Assembly (NCBI GenBank): GCA_964401865.1
Contig: CAYNZZ010000003.1
Coordinates: 81,372-113,371, forward strand
DNA: 32,000 nt
Origin: an uncultured Erysipelotrichaceae bacterium
GTDB taxonomy: Bacteria > Bacillota_I > Bacilli_A > Erysipelotrichales > Erysipelotrichaceae
Direction of reading: 5' to 3'
Position 1 is the first letter of the stretch, and every line of letters begins with the position of its first letter. Of this stretch, positions 15,001 through 25,327 are shown piece after piece. The position numbers and the translations under genes were made by a program. The notes under the pieces were generated by a model. It was given only the letters and a program-made list of their open reading frames with translations. It made no database searches and had not been told where the DNA came from.

Positions 15001-16380
15001 ATGGTGATGAAGAAATATTCATTTGATGAGATAGTATCACATTTAAGAAATAGCGGATATGTATATCAAGGTTCTGAGATATATGGTGGTTTATCTAATT
15101 CGTGGGATTTTGGTATTTTAGGATCATACTTAAAGAAAAATATTAAAGATTTATGGTGGAAAGAATTTATCGAAAAATCACCTAATAATGTTGGAATTGA
15201 TTCTGCTATTTTAATGAATCCAAAAACCTGGGAAGCGACAGGCCATCTTAAAGGTTTTAGTGATTCGATGGTAGATTGTAAAGAATGCAAGGCTAGATTT
15301 CGTGCTGACCAATTGATTGAAGATAATACAGGAATTAGTGCTGATGGCAAAACACCTGAAGAAATGGATGCTTTAATTGAAGAACATAATATAGTGTGTC
15401 CAAAATGTGGTAAACATAATTTTACTAATGCTCGTCCATTTAATTTGATGTTTAAGACATTCATTGGTACAGTTGAAGATGCTAAGTCAGTTGTTTATTT
15501 AAGACCAGAAACAGCTCAGGGCATTTTTGTCAATTTCAATAATGTCCTAAGGACTTCTCGTAAAAAGATACCTTTTGGTATTGGACAAATTGGTAAGTCA
15601 TTCAGAAATGAGATTACACCTGGCAACTTTATTTTCAGAGTTAGAGAGTTCGAACAGATGGAATTAGAATTTTTCTGTGAACCCGGTGAAGACCTTAAAT
15701 GGTTTGAATACTGGGTTGATAAATGTTACAACTTCATTAAGAGAATGGGTATTAAAGAAGAAAATCTTCGTATAAGACAACATAGTCAAGAAGAATTATC
15801 GTTCTATTCAAATGCAACAAGCGATATCGAATATGCTTTCCCATTTACTGAGTGGGGAGAAGTATGGGGTATTGCCGATCGTACTGATTATGATTTAAAA
15901 CAACATGCTGAATATTCGAAAGTTAGTCTTTCTTACCGCGATCCTAATACTAATGAAGTTTATGTTCCATATTGTGTTGAACCAAGTGTCGGTGTTGAGC
16001 GTCTATTCTTGATGGCTGTTTGTGATGCTTATGACAAAGAAGTTTTGGAAAATGGCGAAGAACGTGTAGTTATGCATTTGCACCCTGCTTTAGCACCAGT
16101 TAAGGCTTGTATCTGTCCACTTGTTAAAAAATTAAGCCCGCAAGCTAAAGAATTATACGATGATTTAATTAAAGAATTCCATGTAGAATTCGATGAAGCT
16201 GGTACGGTTGGCAAACGTTATCGCAGAAATGACGCTATCGGTACACCATATTGTATTACATATGATTTTGATACTTTAGAAGATGAAGCAGTCACTGTTC
16301 GCGATCGTGACACAATGCAACAGGAAAGAATTAAAATCAAAGATTTAAAAGAGTACTTAAAGAATAAAATTGAATTTTAA
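15001..16380 (+). CDS. glyQS: Glycine-tRNA ligase, single-chain alpha2 type
   Basis: 459 aa. Motifs: YQGSEIYGGL, RPETAQGIF, GQIGKSFRNEITP, FRVREFEQMELEFF (class II motif 2 region), CVEPSVGVERL (motif 3), and a C-terminal anticodon-binding domain. Confidence 0.95.
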   Translation: MVMKKYSFDEIVSHLRNSGYVYQGSEIYGGLSNSWDFGILGSYLKKNIKDLWWKEFIEKSPNNVGIDSAILMNPKTWEATGHLKGFSDSMVDCKECKARFRADQLIEDNTGISADGKTPEEMDALIEEHNIVCPKCGKHNFTNARPFNLMFKTFIGTVEDAKSVVYLRPETAQGIFVNFNNVLRTSRKKIPFGIGQIGKSFRNEITPGNFIFRVREFEQMELEFFCEPGEDLKWFEYWVDKCYNFIKRMGIKEENLRIRQHSQEELSFYSNATSDIEYAFPFTEWGEVWGIADRTDYDLKQHAEYSKVSLSYRDPNTNEVYVPYCVEPSVGVERLFLMAVCDAYDKEVLENGEERVVMHLHPALAPVKACICPLVKKLSPQAKELYDDLIKEFHVEFDEAGTVGKRYRRNDAIGTPYCITYDFDTLEDEAVTVRDRDTMQQERIKIKDLKEYLKNKIEF

Positions 16381-18125
16381 TGCATATTTCTAAAGAGACA
16401 ATCGATGAAATAAGGAATAGTGCCAGTATTACACAAGTAATAGGCCACTATATTCCGCTTATAAAAAAAGGAAGGGGTTATACGGCTGTATGCCCTTTTC
16501 ATGATGATCATGATCCATCGTTGTCGATTTCTGAAGAAAAACAGATATTTAAATGTTTTGTGTGTGGCAAGGGTGGTAATGTATTCAGTTTTGTCATGGA
16601 CTATAAAAAATGTTCATTTGAAGAGGCGGTCGTCGAAGTTAGCAATATTATCGGAAAACCACTAAACATCACTTTTGAAAAGAAGAAAAGAGTATCTAAA
16701 TATGAACATTTATATGAGATAATGAGTGAAGCTAAAGTATTTTGTAATTACTTGTTATCTTCGAATGGTGGTAAAGACGCTTTGAATTATCTTACAAATC
16801 GCGGTCTAGATACTGATATCATCGAAAGATTTCAGATCGGCTATGTCCCTAATGACAATATCCTATATCGTTATTTGAAGGGGAAAGGATATAAGGATGA
16901 AGATTTAATCAGAGTCAATTTAGCTCGTTTAGGTCAATATGGCATGCAGGATGTCTTCTATAACCGCATTGTTTTTCCTATTCATGATGAATATGGAAAT
17001 TGTGTTGCTTATACTGCTAGGACTTTGTCCAATAATCAATCAAAGTACATCAATACATCTCAAACGGAAATATATACTAAAGGAGATGTCTTATATAATT
17101 TAGACAAGGCTAAGGAATCTATTATTTCTGCACAAAGAGTTATAGTGTGCGAAGGGGTAATGGATGTTTTAGCATTCGAACGTTCAGGAATTAAATACGC
17201 TGTTGCGACGCTAGGCACAGCTTGCAGTCCAAAACAACTTCAACTTTTATCTAAGTACAGCAAACATCTTTTATTGGCATACGATGGTGATGAAGCGGGA
17301 CAAAATGCTATTTTAAAACTTGGTGTTGAGGCATATAAACAAAATTTGACAGTGACAGTCATTGACAACAAAACTGGTCTTGACCCTGATGAAATAGTTA
17401 ATAAGTATAAAGAAAAAGCATTACGTGATGTTGCGAGCCACGAAATCCATTTTATTGATTTTGCGATTAATTATTATAGAAGTCGTTACAATTTAAATAA
17501 TTATAGCGATCGTAAAGAAATGACAGAGAAAGTTGGCGAGTTAATCGGATTGTTAAATGACGAATATGACCGTATTAATTTTGAAAAAACCTTATTTGAT
17601 ATTACAAAAATGAATGTAGTTAAGACAAATAATGTAAAAAAATGGTATAATAAAAAGAAAGTTTTTGAGCCATATTATTCAATAGATGGTCTTACTAAAG
17701 CTGAATACACGATATTAGCAGAAATGGCAATATCAAAAAGAGCAGTGCAAATATATCGAAATGAACTTGGATGTATGCTTTCAGACATCAATGAGGCACT
17801 AGCGATTATGATTATTGAAATGTATCGCAAATATGATGAGTGTAACTTTTCTAGACTTTATGACGAAACGACTGATGATAGAATCAAAAACTTAATAGAA
17901 GATTTATCTGTGAATGAATCTTTGCCAAAAGTATATTCTGAAGAAATATTATTGGGTTCAATTGAGAAGGTTAAACTAGAGATTAAGATGAAGAAGCTTG
18001 AACAATTGAAAGCTCGTATGAAAGAAGTAGAACTCGTAGATCCTTCAAAAGCCCAAGAGTTACTTAGAGAATATAGTGAAATTACCAAAGAATTAGGAGG
18101 TATTTATGGCAAAAAAGCAAGATAA
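16380..18125 (+). CDS. dnaG: DNA primase
   Basis: Zinc finger [10 protein letters not shown]...[15 protein letters not shown] motifs VCEGVMDV and YDGDEAG. A TAATG overlap joins it to glyQS. Confidence 0.95.
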   Translation: MHISKETIDEIRNSASITQVIGHYIPLIKKGRGYTAVCPFHDDHDPSLSISEEKQIFKCFVCGKGGNVFSFVMDYKKCSFEEAVVEVSNIIGKPLNITFEKKKRVSKYEHLYEIMSEAKVFCNYLLSSNGGKDALNYLTNRGLDTDIIERFQIGYVPNDNILYRYLKGKGYKDEDLIRVNLARLGQYGMQDVFYNRIVFPIHDEYGNCVAYTARTLSNNQSKYINTSQTEIYTKGDVLYNLDKAKESIISAQRVIVCEGVMDVLAFERSGIKYAVATLGTACSPKQLQLLSKYSKHLLLAYDGDEAGQNAILKLGVEAYKQNLTVTVIDNKTGLDPDEIVNKYKEKALRDVASHEIHFIDFAINYYRSRYNLNNYSDRKEMTEKVGELIGLLNDEYDRINFEKTLFDITKMNVVKTNNVKKWYNKKKVFEPYYSIDGLTKAEYTILAEMAISKRAVQIYRNELGCMLSDINEALAIMIIEMYRKYDECNFSRLYDETTDDRIKNLIEDLSVNESLPKVYSEEILLGSIEKVKLEIKMKKLEQLKARMKEVELVDPSKAQELLREYSEITKELGGIYGKKAR

Positions 18126-19290
18126 CAAAAGCACAAAAAACACAAATGAAAAGATGACCATTGATATGAAAAATATCAAGACCCTAGATGAACTAAAAGA
18201 AGAAATCTTGTCTTTTAAGGAAAAAGGAATTGTCATACCTTTAAAAGAATATGTAGATGCTTTAAACAAATTTGATGTCAATGATAATGATATTGATAAA
18301 TTTTATGAATGGTTAAATGATAATGAACTAAGTTTAAGTGATGTTGACGATGTAGAACTTGAAAATGATGAAGTTTTAGATTCTGATGATGAAGATTATT
18401 CTGACGATGTTCGTGAGTACAATTTTGATGATTCTTTAGCATATAGCAATTCTAAAATCAGTGATCCGGTTAAGATGTACCTTAAAGATATTGGTCGCGT
18501 TGATTTGTTGAAACCAGATGAAGAGATTGAGATTGCCAAAAGAGTTGAAGCTGGAGATCAAAATGCAAGAAAAATTTTGATTTCTGCCAATTTGAGGCTG
18601 GTTGTTTCAATCGCGAAGAAATATACTGGCCGTGGTATGTTGTTCTTAGATCTTATTCAAGAAGGGAATATGGGTCTTATAAAGGCTGTAGAAAAATTTG
18701 ATTATCGTAAAGGTTTTAAATTCTCCACTTATGCGACATGGTGGATTAGACAAGCTATCACAAGAGCTATTGCTGACCAAGCTAGAACAATCAGAATACC
18801 TGTTCATATGGTCGAAACTATCAATAAAATGACTCGTATTCAAAGACAATTAGTCCAAGAGTTAGGACGTGATCCAACGGCTGAAGAGATTGCTAATAAA
18901 ATGGGTAACCTAACCGAAGAAAAGGTTAGAGATATTCAAAGAATAGCTCTTGATCCAGTGTCTTTAGAGACGCCAATCGGTGAAGAAGATGATTCGCATT
19001 TAGGTGATTTCATTGAAGATAAAGATGCGTTGTCACCGGATCAATATGCCAATAATCAATTATTGAAAGATGAAATTGATTTAGTGTTGAAATCTTTAAC
19101 TGAAAGGGAAGAAAAAGTTCTTCGCCTTCGTTTTGGTCTGGAAGATGGCAGAACTAGAACATTAGAAGAAGTTGGCAGGGAATTCGATGTAACTCGTGAA
19201 AGAATTCGTCAAATTGAAGCTAAGGCTTTGCGTAAGTTAAAAAACCCTGCTAAATGCAAGCGATTAAAAGAATTTTTAGATGATAAATAA
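18106..19290 (+). CDS. rpoD: Primary RNA polymerase sigma factor (sigma-70/SigA)
   Basis: Acidic region 1; region 2 [38 protein letters not shown]; region 4.2 [35 protein letters not shown] lies inside the dnaG 3' end, giving a 20-nt overlap. Confidence 0.96.
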   Translation: MAKKQDNKSTKNTNEKMTIDMKNIKTLDELKEEILSFKEKGIVIPLKEYVDALNKFDVNDNDIDKFYEWLNDNELSLSDVDDVELENDEVLDSDDEDYSDDVREYNFDDSLAYSNSKISDPVKMYLKDIGRVDLLKPDEEIEIAKRVEAGDQNARKILISANLRLVVSIAKKYTGRGMLFLDLIQEGNMGLIKAVEKFDYRKGFKFSTYATWWIRQAITRAIADQARTIRIPVHMVETINKMTRIQRQLVQELGRDPTAEEIANKMGNLTEEKVRDIQRIALDPVSLETPIGEEDDSHLGDFIEDKDALSPDQYANNQLLKDEIDLVLKSLTEREEKVLRLRFGLEDGRTRTLEEVGREFDVTRERIRQIEAKALRKLKNPAKCKRLKEFLDDK

Positions 19291-19937
19291 TGATATCTAA
19301 GCGATTAAAAACAATTAGTGAAATGGTTATGAAAAACGAGGTAGTGTTTGATTGTGGTAGCGATCATGCTTTGCTACCTTGTTTTTTGGTAGCTAACGGT
19401 ATATCTCCAAAAGTTTATGCTGGTGATTTAAGAGAGGGACCACTCAATCAGGCTAAGCAGAATATCGAGATGTGCAAATTGGAAGATAGGGTAATACCTG
19501 TATTGTCTAATGGTCTTGAAAAGATGAATAACGATGTAAAAGTTGTTACTATTGCCGGAATGGGATATTATACAGTTGAAGAAATATTAAACAATTCTGA
19601 TATATCAAATCTTAAACAAGTGATTATTCAAGTGAATCGCAATGTCGATAAGCTAAGAGAATACATTAGTAATCGTCGATATACCATCATAGACGAAAGA
19701 GTTGTTTACGATGGCTTTTACTATGAAATAGTAGCTTTTAGCCCTGGCGAAACTAATATGCCGTTAAGTGACTTAGAGATAAAGTATGGACCTGTTTTAC
19801 TAAACAAAAGACCTCAAGAATTTATCGATTATTTAAATTACCGTATAAGATTCTTAAATGAAATTTATGCTAAAAGTCACAAGATTGAAGTATTAAATGA
19901 AGTTAAAGAAATTGAAGACATAATAAAAGCCACATAA
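19290..19937 (+). CDS. trmK: tRNA (adenine22-N1)-methyltransferase TrmK
   Basis: The N-terminus SKRLKTISEMV..VVFDCGSDHALLPCFL is typical of TrmK/YqfN. Its position after sigA matches Bacillus. A TAATG overlap joins it to rpoD. Confidence 0.85.
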   Translation: MISKRLKTISEMVMKNEVVFDCGSDHALLPCFLVANGISPKVYAGDLREGPLNQAKQNIEMCKLEDRVIPVLSNGLEKMNNDVKVVTIAGMGYYTVEEILNNSDISNLKQVIIQVNRNVDKLREYISNRRYTIIDERVVYDGFYYEIVAFSPGETNMPLSDLEIKYGPVLLNKRPQEFIDYLNYRIRFLNEIYAKSHKIEVLNEVKEIEDIIKAT

Positions 19938-19950
19938 GTGGCTATTTTAT
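19928..19950. terminator. Bidirectional terminator between trmK (+) and rpsT (-)
   Basis: AGCCAC-ATAA-GTGGCT is a 6-bp stem that includes the trmK stop codon. It is flanked by A-rich sequence upstream and ATTTTATT downstream, so it could work on both strands. Confidence 0.55.
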
Positions 19951-20210
19951 TATAAAGAATTCACTAATGTAGATAAACGAGCTTTTTGTCTTGCAACATA
20001 ATTTTTATGTTTCAAGTGTTTTACTTGAGCTTTATCTAGAAGTGAGCTACATTCGTTATATGCTTTAACTGCTTCTTCTTTATTCTTTGCTTCAACAGCT
20101 TTTAAAACAGATTTGATAGATGTTTTTAAACGGCTTTTGTCAGAAGAATTTTGAAGGTTCTTTTTTGCATTTGTAAGAGCTCTTTTCTTTTGAGATTTGA
20201 TATTTGCCAT
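19950..20210 (-). CDS. rpsT: 30S ribosomal protein S20
   Basis: MANIKSQKKRALTNAKKN is the classic S20 N-terminus. ATG 20210 is preceded by AGGAGGAAGT. The track's upstream start at 20249 would include the SD in the coding sequence. Confidence 0.95.
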   Translation of the reverse strand: MANIKSQKKRALTNAKKNLQNSSDKSRLKTSIKSVLKAVEAKNKEEAVKAYNECSSLLDKAQVKHLKHKNYVARQKARLSTLVNSL

Positions 20211-20234
20211 ACTTCCTCCTTTATACGCTTTTAA

Positions 20235-20263
20235 AGTATAGCAAACCACACCTTAAAAATCAA
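20235..20263 (-). promoter_or_regulatory. SigA-type promoter of rpsT (-35 TTGATT, 17-nt spacer with TG, -10 TATACT)
   Basis: The minus strand reads TTGATT-N14-TGC-TATACT, then a 24-nt leader containing AAGGAGG. Confidence 0.6.
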
Positions 20264-20303
20264 TATTATGTAATGATTTGTATCTTTAATTTTTTTTTAA
20301 GAT

Positions 20304-20312
20304 TGTTATAAT
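20304..20312 (+). promoter_or_regulatory. Extended -10 box TGTTATAAT 6 nt upstream of the fmt ATG
   Basis: Reads TGTTATAAT-TGGGAT-ATG(20319). There is no correctly spaced SD. Confidence 0.5.
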
Positions 20313-20318
20313 TGGGAT

Positions 20319-21266
20319 ATGAAAAATACAAGAATTGTTTTTATGGGTACACCGTTTTTTGCAGGGCATGTTTTAGAAGAATTAATAAATAATGATTATA
20401 ATATCGTTGCAGTTGTAAGTCAACAAGATAAAAAAGTTGGACGAAAACAGATTTTAACTCCATCACCAGTAAAAGAAGTTGCCAACAAGCACGGTATTAA
20501 AGTCATTCAACCATACAAAATCAGACAGGAATATCAAGAGATTATTGATGTTGATCCTGAACTGATTATTACTTGTGCATACGGTCAAATTATTCCTAGG
20601 GTATTACTCGATTATCCTAAATATAAATGTATAAATACACATGCATCTTTATTGCCAAAATACCGTGGTGGAGCTCCAATTCAATGGTCCATCATCAATG
20701 GTGAAACACAAACCGGCGTTTCGATTATGTATATGAACGAAAAGATGGATGAAGGGGATATCTTGTATCAAAAGAGCCTTGATATAGATATTAAGGATAC
20801 TTCTACTACATTATTTAAAAGATTATCTATCTTAGCATCTGATATGTTGATTGATTTTTTACCGGATTTTTTAAACGGGAATTTCACCCCGCTTAAACAA
20901 GATCATAATCAAGCTACTTATGCTTATAATTTGACTAAGAAGGATGAATTTATCAGCTTTAATGATGATACTAAAAAGGTTTACAATCATATTCGTGGTT
21001 TATTAGACAATCCTGGAGCATACGGAATCATCGATGGTAAGAAGATAAAATTTATTGATGTAGATTTTACTGGCGATATAAGTGACGAAGCAGGCAAGAT
21101 GATTGGCATGGTTGATGGGAAATTAGCTATCGCATGTAATAATGGGGCTATTTTAGTTTCAATGCTTCAACAGGAATCTAAAAAGGCTTTAAATGCTCAT
21201 GATTTTTTTAATGGCGTAGGCAAAAGTCTTGTTGGAAAGAAATTTATTTATGAAATACAAAACTAA
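20319..21266 (+). CDS. fmt: Methionyl-tRNA formyltransferase
   Basis: Motifs: IVFMGTP.FA, HASLLPKYRGGAPIQW, and a C-terminal beta-barrel domain. 315 aa. Confidence 0.93.
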   Translation: MKNTRIVFMGTPFFAGHVLEELINNDYNIVAVVSQQDKKVGRKQILTPSPVKEVANKHGIKVIQPYKIRQEYQEIIDVDPELIITCAYGQIIPRVLLDYPKYKCINTHASLLPKYRGGAPIQWSIINGETQTGVSIMYMNEKMDEGDILYQKSLDIDIKDTSTTLFKRLSILASDMLIDFLPDFLNGNFTPLKQDHNQATYAYNLTKKDEFISFNDDTKKVYNHIRGLLDNPGAYGIIDGKKIKFIDVDFTGDISDEAGKMIGMVDGKLAIACNNGAILVSMLQQESKKALNAHDFFNGVGKSLVGKKFIYEIQN

Positions 21267-21750
21267 ACGAATAGTTTTAACAGCTCTATTTATTGCCATA
21301 ATGGCTTGTTTAACAATGGTTATTTCTATACCTATCGCTTCGTTTGGCTATATTAATTTGAGTGATATGCTCATCTATCTGATTTCTTCTACTTCGATGT
21401 TGTCATTTTCCATCGCGGTTTCAGGAATTGGCTGCATGTTGGCGGATATCTTTTTGGGATATAGCCAATATGCTATTATTACATTGTTTGCCAAAGGATT
21501 AGAGGCATTTACAAGTTTTTATTTAGTAAATAAGAAAAGATGGAATATTTATATTTCTTATATGTTCGCTGGTATGGTAATGCTTTGTACATATGCGATT
21601 GGAGATTGCATATTAACAGGTGACTTGAAAACATTTACTGTTTCGTTTTTAGCCAATCTTCCGCAAGCAGTTATCTGTATTGTATTGGCTATTTTATCCT
21701 ATAAACATTTTAAAAAGATTATGGAGAAGATTGATTATGGATCAAAATAA
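21250..21750 (+). CDS. ECF-transporter S-component-like membrane protein (substrate unknown)
   Basis: 166 aa from [19 protein letters not shown]. About 5-6 TM helices, with the ..[10 protein letters not shown].. and ..[20 protein letters not shown].. pattern I associate with ECF S components. It overlaps fmt by 17 nt and lepA by 14 nt. No EcfA/T genes are in the window. Confidence 0.55.
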   Translation: MKYKTKRIVLTALFIAIMACLTMVISIPIASFGYINLSDMLIYLISSTSMLSFSIAVSGIGCMLADIFLGYSQYAIITLFAKGLEAFTSFYLVNKKRWNIYISYMFAGMVMLCTYAIGDCILTGDLKTFTVSFLANLPQAVICIVLAILSYKHFKKIMEKIDYGSK

Positions 21751-23542
21751 AATACGTAATTTTTCAATTATTGCACATATAGATCATGGAAAATCAACTT
21801 TAGCTGATCGAATTTTAGAATTGACTGAAACAGTTTCCAAAAGAGAAATGGAATCTCAAATTTTAGATTCTTTGGAATTAGAGAAAGAAAGAGGCATCAC
21901 AATTAAGCTCAATGTCGTTCAATTAAAGTATCATGCTCAGGATGGCGAAGATTATATTTTTCATCTAATTGATACACCAGGACATGTCGATTTTTCATAT
22001 GAAGTATCTAGATCTTTAGCTGCTTGTGATGGAGCGATATTGGTTGTCGATGCAGCTCAGGGCATAGAGGCACAGACATTGGCTAATGTTTACTTGGCTT
22101 TAGATAATGATTTAGAGATTCTACCGGTTATCAATAAGATAGATTTACCTAGTGCCGATCCTGATAGAGTAAAAAAAGAAATCGAAGATGTTATTGGGCT
22201 TGATTGCACAGATATTCCGATGATTTCTGCTAAAAGCGGTTTAAATGTCGAGGACGTTCTTGAAGGGGTAGTCCATAAGTTGCCATGCCCAAACGGCGAT
22301 GTTAATGCGCCCTTGAAAGCTTTGGTTTTTGATTCGTATTATGATGCATATCGTGGTGTTGTGGTATTCGTGCGTGTTAAGGACGGACGGATGAAAGTTG
22401 GCGACAAGATTACTTTTATGGCTTCTAATAAAGAATATGAGATTGTTGAACTCGGTGTTAAAACGCCTAAGGAAATAAAAAGAAATTCTCTAGAAGCAGG
22501 TGAAGTAGGATATGTTTGTGCGGCCATTAAATCAATTAGAGATATTCATGTCGGTGATACCATTACTTTAAGCGATAATATGACTGATGAACCTTTATCT
22601 GGCTATCGGAAAATGAATCCAATGGTTTATTGTGGTTTATATCCAACTGATAATGCTAAGTACAATGACCTTCGTGATGCTCTGGAGAAATTACAATTGA
22701 ATGATTCGGCGTTAATTTTTGAAGCAGAATCATCAAAGGCTTTAGGGTTTGGCTTTAGGCTGGGTTTTTTGGGCTTGTTGCATATGGAAGTCGTTCAAGA
22801 GAGACTCGAAAGGGAATACGATCTTTCTTTGATTGCCACAGCTCCAAGTGTTGTATATCGTTGTCATTTAACTGATGGAAGTACCATTGATATCGATAAT
22901 CCAAGTATGTTACCCGAACCAACGGTTTTAGACTATATTGAAGAACCATATGTTAGAGCGAGTATTATGGTTCCTAATGATTATATTGGTGCAGTAATGG
23001 AATTATCTCAAAACAAAAGAGGTATTTATTCTGATATGATTTACATTGACGATAACCGTAATCAGTTAATTTATGAAATGCCTTTATCAGAAGTAATATT
23101 TGAATATTTTGATAAGCTTAAGAGTGTTTCTAAAGGCTATGCTTCTTTAGATTATGAAGTTATCGGTTATCGAAGAAGCAATCTTGTAAAGATGGATATC
23201 TTGATTAATGGTGAAATAGTTGATGCTTTAAGCATTATTGTTCATCGTGATTTTGCATATAATCGCGGGCAAGCTATTACTAGTAAATTAAAGGACTTAA
23301 TACCTAAACAACAATTTGAAATTCCAATTCAAGCTGCCATCAATAATAAAATTATCGCCAGAACCAACATTAAATCATTGCGCAAAAATGTTTTAGCGAA
23401 GTGTTATGGTGGTGATATTTCTCGTAAGAAGAAATTATTGGAGAAACAAAAAGAGGGTAAAAAACGTATGAAGGCAGTTGGCAGTGTCGAAATACCACAA
23501 GAGGCTTTTATGTCTGTTCTGTCGATGGAGTCAGATAAGTAG
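21737..23542 (+). CDS. lepA: Translation elongation factor 4 (LepA)
   Basis: Motifs: [33 protein letters not shown], and the C-terminal LepA-specific domain (..[26 protein letters not shown]..). Start 21737 (MDQNK) is preferred over the track's 21680. Confidence 0.95.
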   Translation: MDQNKIRNFSIIAHIDHGKSTLADRILELTETVSKREMESQILDSLELEKERGITIKLNVVQLKYHAQDGEDYIFHLIDTPGHVDFSYEVSRSLAACDGAILVVDAAQGIEAQTLANVYLALDNDLEILPVINKIDLPSADPDRVKKEIEDVIGLDCTDIPMISAKSGLNVEDVLEGVVHKLPCPNGDVNAPLKALVFDSYYDAYRGVVVFVRVKDGRMKVGDKITFMASNKEYEIVELGVKTPKEIKRNSLEAGEVGYVCAAIKSIRDIHVGDTITLSDNMTDEPLSGYRKMNPMVYCGLYPTDNAKYNDLRDALEKLQLNDSALIFEAESSKALGFGFRLGFLGLLHMEVVQERLEREYDLSLIATAPSVVYRCHLTDGSTIDIDNPSMLPEPTVLDYIEEPYVRASIMVPNDYIGAVMELSQNKRGIYSDMIYIDDNRNQLIYEMPLSEVIFEYFDKLKSVSKGYASLDYEVIGYRRSNLVKMDILINGEIVDALSIIVHRDFAYNRGQAITSKLKDLIPKQQFEIPIQAAINNKIIARTNIKSLRKNVLAKCYGGDISRKKKLLEKQKEGKKRMKAVGSVEIPQEAFMSVLSMESDK

Positions 23543-23591
23543 CTATTTTTAGGCAATAGGTTTAAAATATAAGTATAAGGAGGATTGTTTT

Positions 23592-24188
23592 ATGAAAATC
23601 CTAAAAGAAATAAAATGGAATACCATTGTTACTAGCGTGGTATATATAGCACTGGGTATAGTGTTATTGTTTATGCCAACTACTTCTTTATACATTATCT
23701 TAAATATAATTGGTATTGGTACAGCGGTTGCTGGACTGTTGTCACTTATTAGATACTTTACTTTTGATGCCAACGAATCTTTTTATCGGAACGATTTCTT
23801 ACTAGGTCTTATTGGAGTCGCTATTGGTTTATTGATTTTCTTGCGCAAAGATATCTTTGCGTCACTAATACCATTCTTATTAGGTATTGCAATTATGTTT
23901 TCTGGCTTTGTAAAATTACAGGATTCGATTGACGCAAAGAGAATGGGCTATCAAAACAGTGTTGTGTATATCGTTTTATCACTTATTAATATTGTAGTGG
24001 GGATAGTTGTAATATTGAATCCATTCAAAACAAGTGAGCTATTGTTTATGATTATTGGTGCTGGTTTGATGTATAGTGGAATTTCTGATTTAGTTTCTAC
24101 TGTTTATCTATCACGCAGATTGAATAAACTTCATAAAGAACTTAAGAAGAATATTGTCGATGTCGAAGCTAAGACGAAAGATGAATAA
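23592..24188 (+). CDS. DUF308/HdeD-family membrane protein
   Basis: 198 aa. It has six hydrophobic helices in repeated pairs with Gly-rich helix cores (GIGTAVAGLL, LLGIAIMFSG, IIGAGLMYSG). Strong SD AAGGAGG. Confidence 0.6.
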   Translation: MKILKEIKWNTIVTSVVYIALGIVLLFMPTTSLYIILNIIGIGTAVAGLLSLIRYFTFDANESFYRNDFLLGLIGVAIGLLIFLRKDIFASLIPFLLGIAIMFSGFVKLQDSIDAKRMGYQNSVVYIVLSLINIVVGIVVILNPFKTSELLFMIIGAGLMYSGISDLVSTVYLSRRLNKLHKELKKNIVDVEAKTKDE

Positions 24189-24193
24189 CGATT

Positions 24194-24219
24194 AAAACAC
24201 CGCTTAAAGTGGTGTTTTA
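24194..24219 (+). terminator. Rho-independent terminator after the DUF308 gene
   Basis: AAACACCGC-TTAAA-GTGGTGTTT has one G-U pair. It is followed by TTTTAT. Confidence 0.7.
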
Positions 24220-24235
24220 TAATGCTTTAATTGTA

Positions 24236-24244
24236 TGATAAGAT
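24236..24244 (+). promoter_or_regulatory. Extended -10 box TGATAAGAT 6 nt upstream of the hemW ATG
   Basis: Reads TGATAAGAT-GAAATC-ATG(24251), with no SD. Confidence 0.45.
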
Positions 24245-24250
24245 GAAATC

Positions 24251-25327
24251 ATGGCTAAACATTTATATTTGCATGTACCATTTTGCCAAAACATTTGTTA
24301 CTATTGTGATTTTTGTCATCGTCTTTATGATGAAAACACTGTTAATAAATGGTTAAAAGAGGTTAAAGAAGAAATATCTAACTATGAAATCGAAAAAGAT
24401 TTAAAGACTATTTATATCGGTGGTGGCACGCCTTCTTCTCTAAAATATAATGAATTAGAGGAATTGTTAAAACTTTTAAAGCCATATAGTGAAAAAACAC
24501 AAGAGTACACGATAGAGGCAAATCCTGAAAGTATAGATATTGATAAGATTAAACTATTAAAAAAATATGGCATCAATCGTATTTCGATGGGCGTAGAAGC
24601 TATTCAAGATAAATTGCTTAAAATGATGAATAGGAGACATAATTTTGAAGATGTTAAAAGAACAGTATCATTATTGAATAGCGAAGGAATTGATAATATA
24701 TCATTAGATCTGATGTATTCTTTGCCTTATCAAAGCCTTGAAGATTTTAACGAAAGTCTTGTTGAAATTGCTAAATTAAATATTAAACACATATCTATTT
24801 ACTCTTTGACAATCGAAGAAAACACAGTATTTGCTAAAAAGGGATATAGTTCGTTAGATGATGAAATGGAAGCTGATATGTACGAGATGGCAGTAGATTA
24901 TTTAAATTCTATGGGCTTTAAACAATATGAGATATCTAATTTTGCCAAAGACGGTTTTTATTCAAAACACAATTTATCATATTGGGATTATGAAGATTTT
25001 TATGGTATCTCTTTAGGGGCCAGTGGAAAACTAAATGATTATCGTTATGATAATACGAGATCTTTTACTAAATATTTTTCTAAAGAATATATTGAAAATA
25101 TAATATACCTTGATAAAAAAGATAAAATGTTTGAAGAAACTATGATGTCTTTGCGGTTGGTTAAAGGTTTAGATTTGAAACGCTTTAAAAAAAGATACGA
25201 TATTGATTTTTTTGAAGTATATAAAAAACCCTTTGAATACCATGTCGATGATTTCATAATCGAAAATGATTTTCTAAGGGTTAAAAACTTGGCTTTATTA
25301 AATTCTATTTTGGTTGATTTTCTGTGA
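24251..25327 (+). CDS. hemW: Radical SAM heme chaperone HemW (HemN-like, oxygen-independent coproporphyrinogen oxidase family)
   Basis: Contains HVPFCQNICYYCDF (CxxxCxxC), GGGTPS and a HemN_C-like tail. Its position after lepA matches other Firmicutes. Confidence 0.88.
   Translation: MAKHLYLHVPFCQNICYYCDFCHRLYDENTVNKWLKEVKEEISNYEIEKDLKTIYIGGGTPSSLKYNELEELLKLLKPYSEKTQEYTIEANPESIDIDKIKLLKKYGINRISMGVEAIQDKLLKMMNRRHNFEDVKRTVSLLNSEGIDNISLDLMYSLPYQSLEDFNESLVEIAKLNIKHISIYSLTIEENTVFAKKGYSSLDDEMEADMYEMAVDYLNSMGFKQYEISNFAKDGFYSKHNLSYWDYEDFYGISLGASGKLNDYRYDNTRSFTKYFSKEYIENIIYLDKKDKMFEETMMSLRLVKGLDLKRFKKRYDIDFFEVYKKPFEYHVDDFIIENDFLRVKNLALLNSILVDFL

Noticed and set aside
15066-18849. Minus-strand ORFs inside glyQS, dnaG and rpoD (15066..15464, 16029..16214, 17858..18088, 18093..18281, 18646..18849)
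   Set aside because: All are shadow ORFs opposite highly conserved housekeeping genes.
20211-20249. N-terminal extensions proposed by the track for rpsT (20249), the ECF S component (21229), lepA (21680), the MATE gene (3115) and the Alg13-like gene (13692)
   Set aside because: In each case the conserved protein N-terminus begins at a downstream ATG. The extension covers an SD, a promoter or the preceding gene.
22339-25257. Minus-strand ORFs 22339..22527, 22755..22949, 23549..23773 and 25045..25257
   Set aside because: They are antisense to lepA, the DUF308 gene and hemW, with no independent support.
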